Source: Candidatus Gastranaerophilales bacterium
Lineage (GTDB): Bacteria > Cyanobacteriota > Vampirovibrionia > Gastranaerophilales > Gastranaerophilaceae
Direction of reading: 5' to 3'
NCBI GenBank assembly: GCA_944326545.1
Contig: CALVEH010000001.1
Location: 9,422-73,421 of the forward strand
DNA length: 64,000 nucleotides
The notes beneath the pieces were generated by a model. The model did not search any database. It worked only from the letters and a program-made list of their open reading frames with translations, and had not been told where the DNA came from. Made by a program: the position numbers and the translations under genes. Positions within the stretch are counted from its first letter, which is position 1, and each line of letters opens with the position of its first letter. Positions 19,222 to 29,468 of this stretch are shown here, one piece after another.

Positions 19222-19223
19222 TC

Positions 19224-21494
19224 ATGAACATTAGCTTGAACACAATTAACACTCATAAAACAAATTTTAAAGCTTCATTATTAACACAGATGATGCAGCA
19301 ACATTCTGCAATGCCTGCGACACAAGCTCTTAACACGTCACAGACTCCTGCTCAAGTTCCTGCTTATGTTCCAGTTACAACACCGATAGCAGATAAATAC
19401 AATACAAAATATGCAGCAGGCAGTTTGTTGAATGTTTTGATGAACAAACCTAAATATGCTAACGCTGCTCAATCTGTTGTGGCTTCAGCTCCTGTTGCTG
19501 CAGTTGCTCAGACAGAAGCTCCTTTGAATTATAAGAACAATCTCCGTTCAATGTTTCAAAACAATCAGGCTGTTATTTTTGCGTTGATTCCAAGAACATT
19601 TACAGCAAAAGATACAGACGGAAACGGTCTTATTCAAGGCAATGAAAGACCAGGATATTTTTCTACTATGGTAGAAAGACTTGATGAGTTAAAAACTTAT
19701 GGTATCAATACATTACACCTTTTGCCGATTAACCCTCCCGGATTAAAGGCAGCTAAAGGCAGTGCCGGTTCTGTATATGCTCCGTTGGATTATCTTGCAA
19801 TAGACCCTAAACTTGACGATCCTACAAATCCAAAGAATGTTTATGAAGAAGCAAAAGATGCCATAAAAGAATGCCACAAACGTGATATTAAAGTTATGGT
19901 TGACTTGCCAAGCTGTATGTCTGTTGATTTGTATGAAGCAAGACCTGATTTAAGAGCAACAGATGCTGCAGGAAATCCAAAAACTCCTGAAGGTTGGGAA
20001 GATATTAGAATGTTCAGCCCATGGCAAGATGAAGATAACAAAGTATTGAACAAAGCTTTATATGATTATCACAAAAAATTTGTTGATATGTGCATAGACC
20101 TTGGTATAGATGGTATAAGAGCCGATGTAGGAAGAGCTAAACCACCTGAATTTTGGGATCATTTGACATCTTATGCAAGAAGCAAAGACCCAGAATTTGC
20201 ATTCTTAGCAGAATGTTATACAAACGAAGATGCTTCTCCTATGAAAAATATGCCTGCAGACCGTCCTTTTGACGCATTAAAAGCAGGATTTGACTCTTAT
20301 TACGGTCAGTATCACATTTTCCATATGTGGAAGGCTAAAGATTTCCAAGACTTTATGAAAGAAAGTCTTAACATTTCAAAAGATCCACAAACTGGTGAAC
20401 GAATCTTACCAAAAGGTAAATCATTAATCGGTTCATTTGCTACTCACGATGATGACAGCCCTATGTCACATGGTGGCCCAGATTATTGTATGATGACAAA
20501 CGTTGTTCAAACAACGGTACCTATGACTAACCCGTATATTATTTCAGGTTATGAATCAGGTGACAGATATCTTTATGACTATGATAAAAAATACATAGAT
20601 AAAACTTTTGCTCAGATGTTAAGCAATCCTCTTTATAAAGAGTCTGTTGACTATATGATGAAGTCTTTGGATTATGCTCCCGTTATTTCTAATTTAGAAA
20701 AAACAGCTGACAAAAACAGATCTCTTGCTGAGTTAGAAAATGATTCAAGATATTCTGCAACAATCAAATTTTTGTTAGAAGCATATAACAAAAACCATGA
20801 ACCTATAGATAAAAATATTTCTTTCAACTCTGCTGTAAAAAATAATAGCTTTAACACTATACTAACAAATGTTTTAGACACAGCCAGAGACTATAAAAAC
20901 ATAAAAGAATTAATGAATTCTGACGCTAAAAACCAAAAAATAGAAGCACTCGCTGATAAGAATTCAGGTTTTAAAAATATTATAGAATATTTTGAAAACA
21001 ATATGCTGACAAAAGATAACATTAAATACTATGTTCACACTCAGCGTATTGATATCTTCAACGAATCAAGACAACCTAAAGGAAATCACCCTGAAATAGG
21101 TCACCATTTTGGTTATCTTATGAACTGTGTAAGACCAAAATATGGTGAGTTGATAACAAAAGGTTCTTACATTCCTTTAAAAGTGGATAATAACAAAATT
21201 GATGAAGTTATTGCATATGCAAGATGCAAAGATGGTAAAACTCTCATCACTATTGCAAACCATGATGTTAACTCAAGACAACATGTTAAAGTAGAAATTC
21301 CGGGATTGTCTGCTTCTCAACAGCTTGATGATCTTTCACCAAAATATGGTTCTGGCAGCGAATGGAAAGCAGAAAACAATGCTATAGATATTGATCTTGG
21401 CCCTGCTCAAGCTCATATATTTGAAGTTAATACACCTAACCTTGAACAAGATATAAAAGCTCAAGGCGGAGAAGTTTTACAACAGTATTTATAA
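19224..21494 (+). CDS. Glycoside hydrolase family 13 (alpha-amylase superfamily) protein with an N-terminal extension
   Basis: GINTLHLLPINP, GIDGIRADVG (nucleophile Asp region), FLAECY (acid/base Glu), FATHDDD (His-Asp). About 110 aa of Q/A/P/T-rich N-terminus with no signal peptide. Starts 2 nt after the previous stop. Confidence 0.75.
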   Translation: MNISLNTINTHKTNFKASLLTQMMQQHSAMPATQALNTSQTPAQVPAYVPVTTPIADKYNTKYAAGSLLNVLMNKPKYANAAQSVVASAPVAAVAQTEAPLNYKNNLRSMFQNNQAVIFALIPRTFTAKDTDGNGLIQGNERPGYFSTMVERLDELKTYGINTLHLLPINPPGLKAAKGSAGSVYAPLDYLAIDPKLDDPTNPKNVYEEAKDAIKECHKRDIKVMVDLPSCMSVDLYEARPDLRATDAAGNPKTPEGWEDIRMFSPWQDEDNKVLNKALYDYHKKFVDMCIDLGIDGIRADVGRAKPPEFWDHLTSYARSKDPEFAFLAECYTNEDASPMKNMPADRPFDALKAGFDSYYGQYHIFHMWKAKDFQDFMKESLNISKDPQTGERILPKGKSLIGSFATHDDDSPMSHGGPDYCMMTNVVQTTVPMTNPYIISGYESGDRYLYDYDKKYIDKTFAQMLSNPLYKESVDYMMKSLDYAPVISNLEKTADKNRSLAELENDSRYSATIKFLLEAYNKNHEPIDKNISFNSAVKNNSFNTILTNVLDTARDYKNIKELMNSDAKNQKIEALADKNSGFKNIIEYFENNMLTKDNIKYYVHTQRIDIFNESRQPKGNHPEIGHHFGYLMNCVRPKYGELITKGSYIPLKVDNNKIDEVIAYARCKDGKTLITIANHDVNSRQHVKVEIPGLSASQQLDDLSPKYGSGSEWKAENNAIDIDLGPAQAHIFEVNTPNLEQDIKAQGGEVLQQYL

Positions 21495-21515
21495 TTGGTA
21501 GATATTTTTAATAAT

Positions 21516-21546
21516 AAAAAAGCTTCGAAATTTCGAAGCTTTTTAT
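21516..21546. terminator. Bidirectional intrinsic terminator
   Basis: AAAAAGCTTCGAAATTTCGAAGCTTTTT: a perfect 10-bp palindrome flanked by an A-run and a T-run, between convergent genes. Confidence 0.75.
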
Positions 21547-21572
21547 TTTTCTTATATAAATAGATTTTTAAA

Positions 21573-22910
21573 TTAATGAGTTGCAGGTAATAAGAATCTG
21601 AAATAGATATAAATAGAACTCATTACTAGTGAAATGAATGTTATACCAGCACCATATTTAAGATATTTCATAAATGAAATAGGTTTGCCGTGAGCTGCAG
21701 CTGTTTCTGAAACTATTACGTTTGCTGCTGCACCAATAATAGTCATGTTTCCGCCTAAGCAAGCACCTAATGACAAGCACCACCATAATGGGTGTGCATA
21801 GGCTGCACCTTCAACAAGTTGGATTTGATAAATCATAGGTGCCATAGTTGCTGTGTATGGTATGTTATCAACAATACCTGATAAAATTCCTGATGCCCAT
21901 AAAATTAGCATTGCTGCTGCAGATTCATTACCGTTTGTGACGTCGAGAATCCATTTTGCCATTATAGAGATTCCGCCTGCTGCCTCAAAACCGCCTATTA
22001 TAATAAATAATCCGATGAAGAAAAATATTGTGTTCCATTCAATACCGTTGAGTACTCTTTTGGGGCTTTCAAAAATCATCAAAAAGCTTGCACCTGCAAG
22101 AGCTATAACGTAAGACTCCATGTGGATTATATCGTGAAGAATGAAACCGAGTATAACTAAACACAACGTTATTGAAGAACGAATAGCCAAAGCCTTGTCT
22201 GTAATAGTTTGAGAGTTATCAAGTTCAGCAACTGCTTCCATTTTTTCTTTTGTTGCTACCAAATCTTTTCTAAAACACAACCATAATACAAAGAGTGTTA
22301 CGGCGAGTATTAGACAAACAATGTCTGTTAATTCCAAAAGGAATGTCATAAACGTAAAACCTGCTTTGCTTCCGATGATAATGTTTGGAGGGTCACCGAT
22401 GAGTGTAGCCGTACCGCCTATGTTAGAGGCAAGGATTTCTGTAATTAAATAAGGAATAGGGTTTATATCCAGTTTTTTAGCAATCAAAAACGTGATAGGT
22501 ACAACAAGGATAACTGTTGTAACGTTATCTAAAAAAGCTGATGCAAAAGCTGTGAAAATACCGAGTGTTAAAAGAATTTTAGTTGGGTGTCCTTTGGTCT
22601 TTTTCAAAAGAGCATTTGCTACCCAAGTGAATATTCCGCTTTTGCTTGCGATGCTAACGATAATCATCATGCTGATGAGCAAAAATATAACGTTAAAATC
22701 TACAAAATTTATAAAGTAATGCGGGTCGATAGTTGCATCGTGTCCTTTTGATTGAGATAAAAGCCCGAGCAATAGTGTTATTGCTGCACCAATCATTGCA
22801 ACTGTTACTTTTGATATTTTTTCCCACGCTATAAATATGTAAGCAACTATGAGAATAGCACTCGATATAATTAACGAGTTATTGTGTACAAAATTTGCAA
22901 TAGCTTCCAT
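21573..22910 (-). CDS. ArsB/NhaD (CitMHS-like) family ion transporter
   Basis: 445-aa polytopic protein with GDPPNIIIGS and LGACLGGNMTIIGAAAN motifs typical of this permease superfamily. Confidence 0.65.
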   Translation of the reverse strand: MEAIANFVHNNSLIISSAILIVAYIFIAWEKISKVTVAMIGAAITLLLGLLSQSKGHDATIDPHYFINFVDFNVIFLLISMMIIVSIASKSGIFTWVANALLKKTKGHPTKILLTLGIFTAFASAFLDNVTTVILVVPITFLIAKKLDINPIPYLITEILASNIGGTATLIGDPPNIIIGSKAGFTFMTFLLELTDIVCLILAVTLFVLWLCFRKDLVATKEKMEAVAELDNSQTITDKALAIRSSITLCLVILGFILHDIIHMESYVIALAGASFLMIFESPKRVLNGIEWNTIFFFIGLFIIIGGFEAAGGISIMAKWILDVTNGNESAAAMLILWASGILSGIVDNIPYTATMAPMIYQIQLVEGAAYAHPLWWCLSLGACLGGNMTIIGAAANVIVSETAAAHGKPISFMKYLKYGAGITFISLVMSSIYIYFRFLLPATH

Positions 22911-23028
22911 GTTTCACTCCATAATAAACTTAACTTTGTTCTATTGTATCATAATAATTTGTAACATATTTAATTGTAATAATACCGTGTTTTTGGGATA
23001 ATTGTACTTAATCACAAGAAAATAGAGA

Positions 23029-24495
23029 GTGGTAAGTATGGGATTATTAGAATTTTTTAAAGAGCCGGCTAATGCCGAGCCTATTACGGACAAAGAAAAG
23101 ATTGATAAAACATATTCTCATTTTAGATGGAGAATGTTTTATTCTTGCTTTATAGGTTATGCAATGTTTTATCTTTGTAAAAAGAATATCGCAGCTGCAT
23201 TGCCTTCAATGAGTAAAGAACTCGGATACTCAAACCTTGAATTGGGTGTTATCGGAAGTTCTTTGTATTTAACTTATGCAATAGGAAAATTTGTTAACGG
23301 TATGATTGCAGACCGTTCCGATGTTAGAAAATTCTTGCCGACTGGTTTAATACTTGCAGGTTTGGCAAATATTTGTTTTGCTTTAAGCTTTTTTGTATTT
23401 ACCCCGGGTAAGTTTACTTTCTTTGGATTACCTAGTGCAACTATTTTGCTATGGGTTTTAGCATTTTTCTGGGGATGTAACGGATGGTTCCAATCTATGG
23501 GGTTCCCTCCAGTTGCAAAGAGTTTGACTTATTGGTTCTCTAACTCTGAAAGAGCTACAAAATGGGCTATGTGGTCAACTTCTCACCAAACAGGTACATT
23601 CCTTGCAGTTATTCTTTCAGGTTTTGTAATTGCAAAATTCGGCTGGCAAGCAGCTTTTTATATTCCAGGTACTTTGGCTATTTTAATAGCTTTGTGGATG
23701 TTTAATCGTTTGAGAGATAAACCTCAGTCTATGGGCTTGCCTGATGTTGAAGAATACAGAGAGCCTGAAAAAGTTAAAGAAGCTGCTAAGGTTGATGCTG
23801 AAGACGATGGAATGACTTATATTCAAATCCTTGTTAAAAACGTTTTGACTAACAAAGCTGTATGGGCTTTGGCTATGGCTTATGTATTTGTTTATGTTAT
23901 CAGATTCGGTACAGAAGACTGGATTATTAAATACCTTGTAGAAGCAAAAGACAATTCACTTGAATTAGCTTCTATGAAGCTTGCTTGTTTACCGTTGTTT
24001 GGTTTCTTCGGTACAATTTCTGCAGGTTTGATTTCCGATAAAATTTTTAAAGGCGCAAGAGCTCCGATTAACGTGATTTTCTTGGTTGGCGTAATCGTTT
24101 GTATGACTGGTTTGTATTTTAACGGAACAGGCCCTAACTTTATTGATAGTGCATTTTTGGCATTGACAGGAAAATCTATGGTTGATGTCTTTAAAATCAA
24201 CGGTTCTGGTTTAATCGATATCTTGTTAATCGGTTTTTCTGGATTCTTTACATACGGACCTCAAATGTTAATCGGTGGTGTTTGTGCTATCGAATCAAGC
24301 TCAAAGAAAGTAGCTTCTGCGGTAACTGGTTTTACTGGTACATTTGGTTATGTAGGTGCAATGCTTTCAGGTCTTGGTACTGGTATGGTTGTTGACAAAT
24401 TCGGTTGGAACGGTGCTTTACTGTTCTGGGGATTGTCGGCATTTATTTGTGCAATGATATGTTTGCCAATGTGCTTTAAAAAGAAAGCAGCATAA
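23029..24495 (+). CDS. MFS organophosphate:phosphate antiporter (GlpT/UhpC family); ATG at 23038 is an alternative start
   Basis: FRWRMFYSCFIGYAMFYLCKKNIAAALP is the characteristic GlpT/UhpC N-terminus. 12-TM MFS layout. Confidence 0.75.
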   Translation: MVSMGLLEFFKEPANAEPITDKEKIDKTYSHFRWRMFYSCFIGYAMFYLCKKNIAAALPSMSKELGYSNLELGVIGSSLYLTYAIGKFVNGMIADRSDVRKFLPTGLILAGLANICFALSFFVFTPGKFTFFGLPSATILLWVLAFFWGCNGWFQSMGFPPVAKSLTYWFSNSERATKWAMWSTSHQTGTFLAVILSGFVIAKFGWQAAFYIPGTLAILIALWMFNRLRDKPQSMGLPDVEEYREPEKVKEAAKVDAEDDGMTYIQILVKNVLTNKAVWALAMAYVFVYVIRFGTEDWIIKYLVEAKDNSLELASMKLACLPLFGFFGTISAGLISDKIFKGARAPINVIFLVGVIVCMTGLYFNGTGPNFIDSAFLALTGKSMVDVFKINGSGLIDILLIGFSGFFTYGPQMLIGGVCAIESSSKKVASAVTGFTGTFGYVGAMLSGLGTGMVVDKFGWNGALLFWGLSAFICAMICLPMCFKKKAA

Positions 24496-24506
24496 GATTT
24501 TAAGAT

Positions 24507-24540
24507 AAAGCGGTAAAGATTATTTACCGCTTTATTTTTT
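24507..24540 (+). terminator. Intrinsic terminator
   Basis: AAGCGGTAAA-GATTA-TTTACCGCTT followed by a T-run. Confidence 0.75.
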
Positions 24541-24602
24541 AATTCTGTATTATATGCTATAATTACTTGAACAAATGACTTGATTTTGATAGGAGAGTTG
24601 AT

Positions 24603-25781
24603 ATGAGAACATCACAAAGGTTAGATAAGATTCCTCCGTACTTATTTGCGGAAATTGATAGAAAAATTGCAGAAGCAAAAGCTAAAGGTCACGATATTAT
24701 TTCATTAGGTATTGGTGATCCTGATACTCCTACAATTCCTTCTGTTGTAGAAGCTATGCATAAAGCTATAGATAATCCTAAAAACCATGATTATCCTCCA
24801 TACAACGGTACTGCAGAATTCAGAAAAGCTTCTTGCGACTGGATGAAAAAACGTTTTGGTGTTGAGTTAAATCCTGATACAGAAATGCTTGCAAATATCG
24901 GTTCTAAAGAAGCTATCGCTCACGTGTTTTTTGCTTTTGTTGATGAAGGTGATTATACGTTAGTTCCTGATCCTGGGTATCCTGTTTATAAAAACTGTAC
25001 TATCTTTGCTGGTGGTACTCCTTATGCAATGCCATTAAAGGCAGAAAATAACTTTTTACCTGACTTTGATGCTATACCTGAGGAAGTTGCTAAAAAGTCA
25101 AAATTGATGTTCTTAAATTATCCGAATAACCCTACAGCAGCAGTTGCTGATAAAGAATTTTACAAAAAAGCTGTAGATTTCTGTAAAAAATATGACATCT
25201 TGTTGTGTTCAGATATGGCATATTCAGAAATGACTTATGATGGATATAAAGCTCCTTCTGTTCTTGAAGTTGAAGGTGCTATGGATTGTGCAATCGAGTT
25301 TTATTCTCATTCAAAATCTTATAACATGACAGGCTGGAGGGTTGGTTTTGTATGCGGTAATGCTCAGGCTATTAAAGCATTAGGCACAATCAAAAACAAT
25401 ATAGATTCAGGTACATTTAAAGCGATTCAAGAAGCTGCTATAGAAGCATACAATGCTCCTGAAGAACAGATTGAAAAACTTAACCAAATGTATAAAGAAC
25501 GTAAAGAAGCAATGGAAGAAGGCTTGAGAGATTTAGGTTGGAGAGTTGAACCATCAAAAGCTACTTTCTATCTTTGGTTGCCTGTTCCTGAGGGCTTTAC
25601 TTCTGAAGAGTTTGTTACTGTAATGCTTGAAAAAGCTCACGTTGTTGTTCCACCAGGAAACGGATACGGCAAATGCGGTGAAGGTTTCTTCCGTATTGCG
25701 TTGACGAAACCTGTTGATCAAATTCAAGAAGCTTTAAGACGTATGAAACGCGCAGGCATCAGCTATAAAATGACAAAATAG
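24603..25781 (+). CDS. dapL: Class I/II aminotransferase, LL-diaminopimelate aminotransferase-like
   Basis: LDKIPPYLFAEIDRKIAEAKAKGHDIISLGIGDPD N-terminus and SHSKSYNMTGWRVG PLP-Lys motif. The DapL assignment is by resemblance only. Confidence 0.6.
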   Translation: MRTSQRLDKIPPYLFAEIDRKIAEAKAKGHDIISLGIGDPDTPTIPSVVEAMHKAIDNPKNHDYPPYNGTAEFRKASCDWMKKRFGVELNPDTEMLANIGSKEAIAHVFFAFVDEGDYTLVPDPGYPVYKNCTIFAGGTPYAMPLKAENNFLPDFDAIPEEVAKKSKLMFLNYPNNPTAAVADKEFYKKAVDFCKKYDILLCSDMAYSEMTYDGYKAPSVLEVEGAMDCAIEFYSHSKSYNMTGWRVGFVCGNAQAIKALGTIKNNIDSGTFKAIQEAAIEAYNAPEEQIEKLNQMYKERKEAMEEGLRDLGWRVEPSKATFYLWLPVPEGFTSEEFVTVMLEKAHVVVPPGNGYGKCGEGFFRIALTKPVDQIQEALRRMKRAGISYKMTK

Positions 25782-25791
25782 TTACAATAAG

Positions 25792-25821
25792 GAAGCAGGT
25801 CTTAGTGCCTGCTTCTTTTTT
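25792..25821 (+). terminator. Intrinsic terminator
   Basis: GAAGCAGG-TCTTAGTG-CCTGCTTC followed by TTTTTT. Confidence 0.8.
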
Positions 25822-25835
25822 ACAAATTAGGAGAT

Positions 25836-26261
25836 ATGTGTATGAAATTAGAAAAACAACCCGTTTCTTTTAAAGCGAATTTGAAAATTATTAACTACAA
25901 CAATCAACTTACTAAATTAGAAGTTGAAAATTTTGAAAAATTTGCACAAAAACTTGGCTCTAAAAAAGACAAGATAGAAATAGTTCTTTCAGACTTTTTT
26001 CAGCATAGTAATATTGCAAAATCTTCTCAAAATGTTACTTATACAGCCACAAAAGGGGCTGAAAAAATAACCGGTGAAAAAAGTAAATATGGCTTATCTC
26101 TTTTGCCGGAACGAATGACAGCTGCTTATATTCCTATTCTTATGCATACCAAAGAAGCAGGAAAAAGTTTTTATACAACAGTAATGCGAGTAGGTGATAC
26201 AACAAAAGAGCTCGTTACTGAAGTTTTAGACGATCTTGCAAAAACTTTTTATAACAAGTAG
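25836..26261 (+). CDS. Hypothetical protein (141 aa; ATG at 25842 is an alternative start)
   Basis: ORF preceded by AGGAGA. No recognised motif. Confidence 0.45.
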   Translation: MCMKLEKQPVSFKANLKIINYNNQLTKLEVENFEKFAQKLGSKKDKIEIVLSDFFQHSNIAKSSQNVTYTATKGAEKITGEKSKYGLSLLPERMTAAYIPILMHTKEAGKSFYTTVMRVGDTTKELVTEVLDDLAKTFYNK

Positions 26262-26606
26262 AAATTAATCTTTCAATGCAGTTATTATCTTGCAAGCTTT
26301 TTTATTTTTTTAAGAAAGTCTGCAAGACTGCATTGATTCGTAAAATTAAAGCGTTGGTTTTTATATTATCTGGTATTCCGTTAACAGGCTGATAGTGCTT
26401 GATAACTAAGTGCTTTGCTTATTTTATCTGTGTTTTTTGCGGTATTAAGCGGGGAATTTTATTGTTTTTATTTGTTTTGTATAATTCATAAAACAAATAC
26501 CCTACGGGGTAGCGTAACATAAAAACGGTTACCAAAAGTTATCGTATTTTCCGTTTATCTGTATCATGAATTATAATAGTGCTTCAATGTATTAAAAATA
26601 GTTATA

Positions 26607-26638
26607 CAAAAAAACCTCGCATTATTGCGAGGTTTTTT
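26607..26638 (-). terminator. Intrinsic terminator downstream of the pilin-like gene (bidirectional shape)
   Basis: AAAAAAACCTCGC-ATTATT-GCGAGGTTTTTT. Confidence 0.75.
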
Positions 26639-26659
26639 AAACTATGTTAGCCTAACAGA

Positions 26660-27199
26660 CTACTTCATGTACATTACTTCACCCATTGTTACGTTAGCTG
26701 GTAATGCTTTTTGTGGGTAAACTGCGATAGTGAAGATATCGAAGATACGAGTTGAAGAAGTAGTTGGTCTGTTTGGACCTTTCATACCGTTAACGTCAAC
26801 TTGTACAACAGAACAAATGTTGTCTGGAGTAGCAGAGTCGTTAGCGTTACAATTTGTGTTAGGAGCTTTGATTGCACCAATAGCACCACTTGTTGGGTAG
26901 AACCACATACCATCAGCTGTGTACATAGCTGTTGTTCCGTCCATTGACATTACGTTCAATCTTTGAGTCATCAAGTGAAGGAAGTTAGTTGTAGAGTAGT
27001 CAGTAGCATCTCTACCATCTAACGCATAGTTCAAAGTAACTGCTTGGTTAATCATAGAAACTGCTTTTTTAAATGCAGCTCTGAATTCTTGTTGAGCAGT
27101 TGATTGCATCAATGAAGGGATTGTCATAGCAGCGATTACACCAATGATCATTAATGTAACCAAAACTTCTGCTAAAGTAAAACCTGATTTTTTGTTCAT
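26660..27199 (-). CDS. Prepilin-type N-terminal cleavage/methylation domain protein (type IV pilin / pseudopilin-like)
   Basis: MNKKSGFTLAEVLVTLMIIGVIAAMTIPSL matches the G/FTLxE prepilin signature followed by a hydrophobic helix. Confidence 0.85.
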   Translation of the reverse strand: MNKKSGFTLAEVLVTLMIIGVIAAMTIPSLMQSTAQQEFRAAFKKAVSMINQAVTLNYALDGRDATDYSTTNFLHLMTQRLNVMSMDGTTAMYTADGMWFYPTSGAIGAIKAPNTNCNANDSATPDNICSVVQVDVNGMKGPNRPTTSSTRIFDIFTIAVYPQKALPANVTMGEVMYMK

Positions 27200-27389
27200 A
27201 AGATCCTCTTTCTTTTCTTATTAATCTTAGATTTTTTACTTACTTTACACTAATTCGTTACTATGTATTAAGTATTTAATACCTAATAACTATATATCAT
27301 CAAGTAAAAAAAATCAACACTTAATTTATTAATACCCATTTTTATAATTTTCAAACATTTTTTGTAAATTTTTGTTTTATAATGTAAAC

Positions 27390-29243
27390 ATGTTTAATTA
27401 TGATTTAATAGTTGTCGGATCAGGTCATGCCGGTTGTGAGGCAGCACTTTCGGCTGCAAAATTAGGCTTAAAAACTCTATTAATGACGCTAAACCTAGAA
27501 CACATTGCTCTTATGCCTTGCAATCCAGCCATAGGAGGCCCTGCAAAATCTTCTTTAGTGCGTGAAATCGATGCTTTGGGCGGCGTAATGGGGATTGTTA
27601 CAGACGCGACATATATTCAAATGAAAATTTTGAATTCCTCAAAAGGCCCTGCTGTTAGAGCTTTACGTGCTCAATCAGATAAAAAAGAATACATGACGTT
27701 TATGAGAAATTTAATTGAACAAAATTGTTACATTTCTCTTAAACAAGGCATGGCGGTTGAGCTCATAGTTGAAAACAATGAGGTTAAAGGTGTTATTGAC
27801 GAGTTCGGTTTAGAATACCATGCCCCGGCTGTTATTTTGACCACAGGAACATCACTTGAAGGCAAATGTTATGTAGGTTTGCAATCAGTAAGTGCAGGCA
27901 GAATGGGAGAAAGAGCAGCAACAGGTTTGTCGGCTTCTCTTTTAAAAAATGGTTTACAACTTAAAAGACTTAAAACAGGAACTCCAGCAAGAGTAGATTC
28001 AAGAACTATCGATTACTCGAAAATGACAATTCAACCGGGAGATGATGAGTTACACTTCTTCTCTTTTGAACCCAACAGACCTGTAAGAAAGCAATATCCT
28101 TGTTATCTTACAAGAACAACTGAAAAAACCCATGAAATTATAAGAAGCAATTTGGACAAATCACCTTTATACGCAGGCTTAATCCATGGTGTAGGGCCAA
28201 GATATTGTCCTTCTATTGAAGATAAAGTTGTAAGATTTGCTCATAATCCTTCTCATCATATATTTATCGAGCCCGAAGGAAAAGATACGTATGAAATCTA
28301 CGTACAAGGCTTTTCAACAAGTTTGCCTGCTGATGTTCAAATCCAAATGTTAAAATCGCTACCGGGCTTAGAAAACGTTCATATCATAAAACCCGCCTAT
28401 GCGGTTGAGTATGATGCAGTCCCAGCATTACAACTTAATCACTCTTTAATGACTAAAAAAATTAAAGGGCTGTTTTGCGCAGGTCAAATTAACGGTACGA
28501 GCGGTTATGAAGAAGCTGCTGCCCAAGGTCTTGTTGCGGGTATAAATGCATATAATTACCTAAATCAAAAAGATATGCTAGAGCTTTCAAGAAGTAATTC
28601 TTATATTGGTACTTTAATCGATGATTTGGTAACTAAAGATATTCAAGAGCCATATAGAATGCTCACATCTCGTTCTGAATACAGACTACTTTTAAGACAA
28701 GACAATGCTGATGAAAGACTTACTCCGATAGGTCATAAAATTGGTCTTATTTCTGATGAAAGATACCAAAGATTTTTGGATAAACAAAAACAAATTGAAG
28801 ACGAAATGGAACGTTTAAAAACAACAAAAGTTCCACCAAGCGAGCAAGTAAACGAAAAACTTGCCCAATACAATGAAAACATTGAAAGAGGAATGAAGCT
28901 TGCAGAGTTGTTAAAACGTCCTAATATCGACTATAAAGTTTTAAAAGAAATTGATGAATCAACAAAAGAACTTGATTTGCCTGCTGAAATTTATGAAGAA
29001 GCAGAAATTAAAATAAAATATGACGGCTATATCAAACGTCAAAATCAGCAAGTAGAAACAATGGATAAATTAGAAAAAATTAAAATTCCTGCTGATATAA
29101 ATTACGATGAGCTTCAACATATTTCCACAGAAACCAGAGAAAAGTTAGCTAAAGTGCGCCCTGCAACTTTAGGACAAGCATCAAGAATTGGCGGTGTTAA
29201 GCCCGCTGATATCTCTGTGTTGATGGTTATGCTTAGCAGATAA
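27390..29243 (+). CDS. mnmG: tRNA uridine 5-carboxymethylaminomethyl modification enzyme MnmG (GidA)
   Basis: MFNYDLIVVGSGHAGCEAA start, GPRYCPSIEDK motif and a conserved C-terminal helical domain. The TTG at 27372 in the ORF track is probably upstream read-through. Confidence 0.95.
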   Translation: MFNYDLIVVGSGHAGCEAALSAAKLGLKTLLMTLNLEHIALMPCNPAIGGPAKSSLVREIDALGGVMGIVTDATYIQMKILNSSKGPAVRALRAQSDKKEYMTFMRNLIEQNCYISLKQGMAVELIVENNEVKGVIDEFGLEYHAPAVILTTGTSLEGKCYVGLQSVSAGRMGERAATGLSASLLKNGLQLKRLKTGTPARVDSRTIDYSKMTIQPGDDELHFFSFEPNRPVRKQYPCYLTRTTEKTHEIIRSNLDKSPLYAGLIHGVGPRYCPSIEDKVVRFAHNPSHHIFIEPEGKDTYEIYVQGFSTSLPADVQIQMLKSLPGLENVHIIKPAYAVEYDAVPALQLNHSLMTKKIKGLFCAGQINGTSGYEEAAAQGLVAGINAYNYLNQKDMLELSRSNSYIGTLIDDLVTKDIQEPYRMLTSRSEYRLLLRQDNADERLTPIGHKIGLISDERYQRFLDKQKQIEDEMERLKTTKVPPSEQVNEKLAQYNENIERGMKLAELLKRPNIDYKVLKEIDESTKELDLPAEIYEEAEIKIKYDGYIKRQNQQVETMDKLEKIKIPADINYDELQHISTETREKLAKVRPATLGQASRIGGVKPADISVLMVMLSR

Positions 29244-29468
29244 TGATTATTAACGATATTTTCATTCAAAAGTCTTTTGTATGGCTTTTTCTTGCTTGTC
29301 ATTTTTATAGTAAAATTTAACTATGAAATAATTATAAATTGTGCGAGAAAAATTTGCGATAAGGAACGTGAGCAAATTTTTTGAGTAACACATTGAAAAG
29401 GTGAGTCTTTGAGCTTCGAAGCCTCGAAGCGAAAAAGACGACACTAGATTAGAAAAGGAAGTTTAATT

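Noticed and set aside
26262-26606. 345-nt ORF-free spacer downstream of the pilin-like gene. It has a TTGTTT-N17-TATAAT box, a 10-bp inverted repeat TATAATTCAT/ATGAATTATA (26480-26489 and 26566-26575) enclosing small stems, and an upstream interrupted hairpin CAATGCAG..TCTTGCA / TGCAAGA-CTGCATTG (about 26273-26336).
   Set aside because: It could be a small RNA gene. However, I see no terminator matched to the putative promoter and no match to any riboswitch or sRNA core I know. The inverted repeat is just two AT-rich -10-like boxes, so there is not enough to call a feature.
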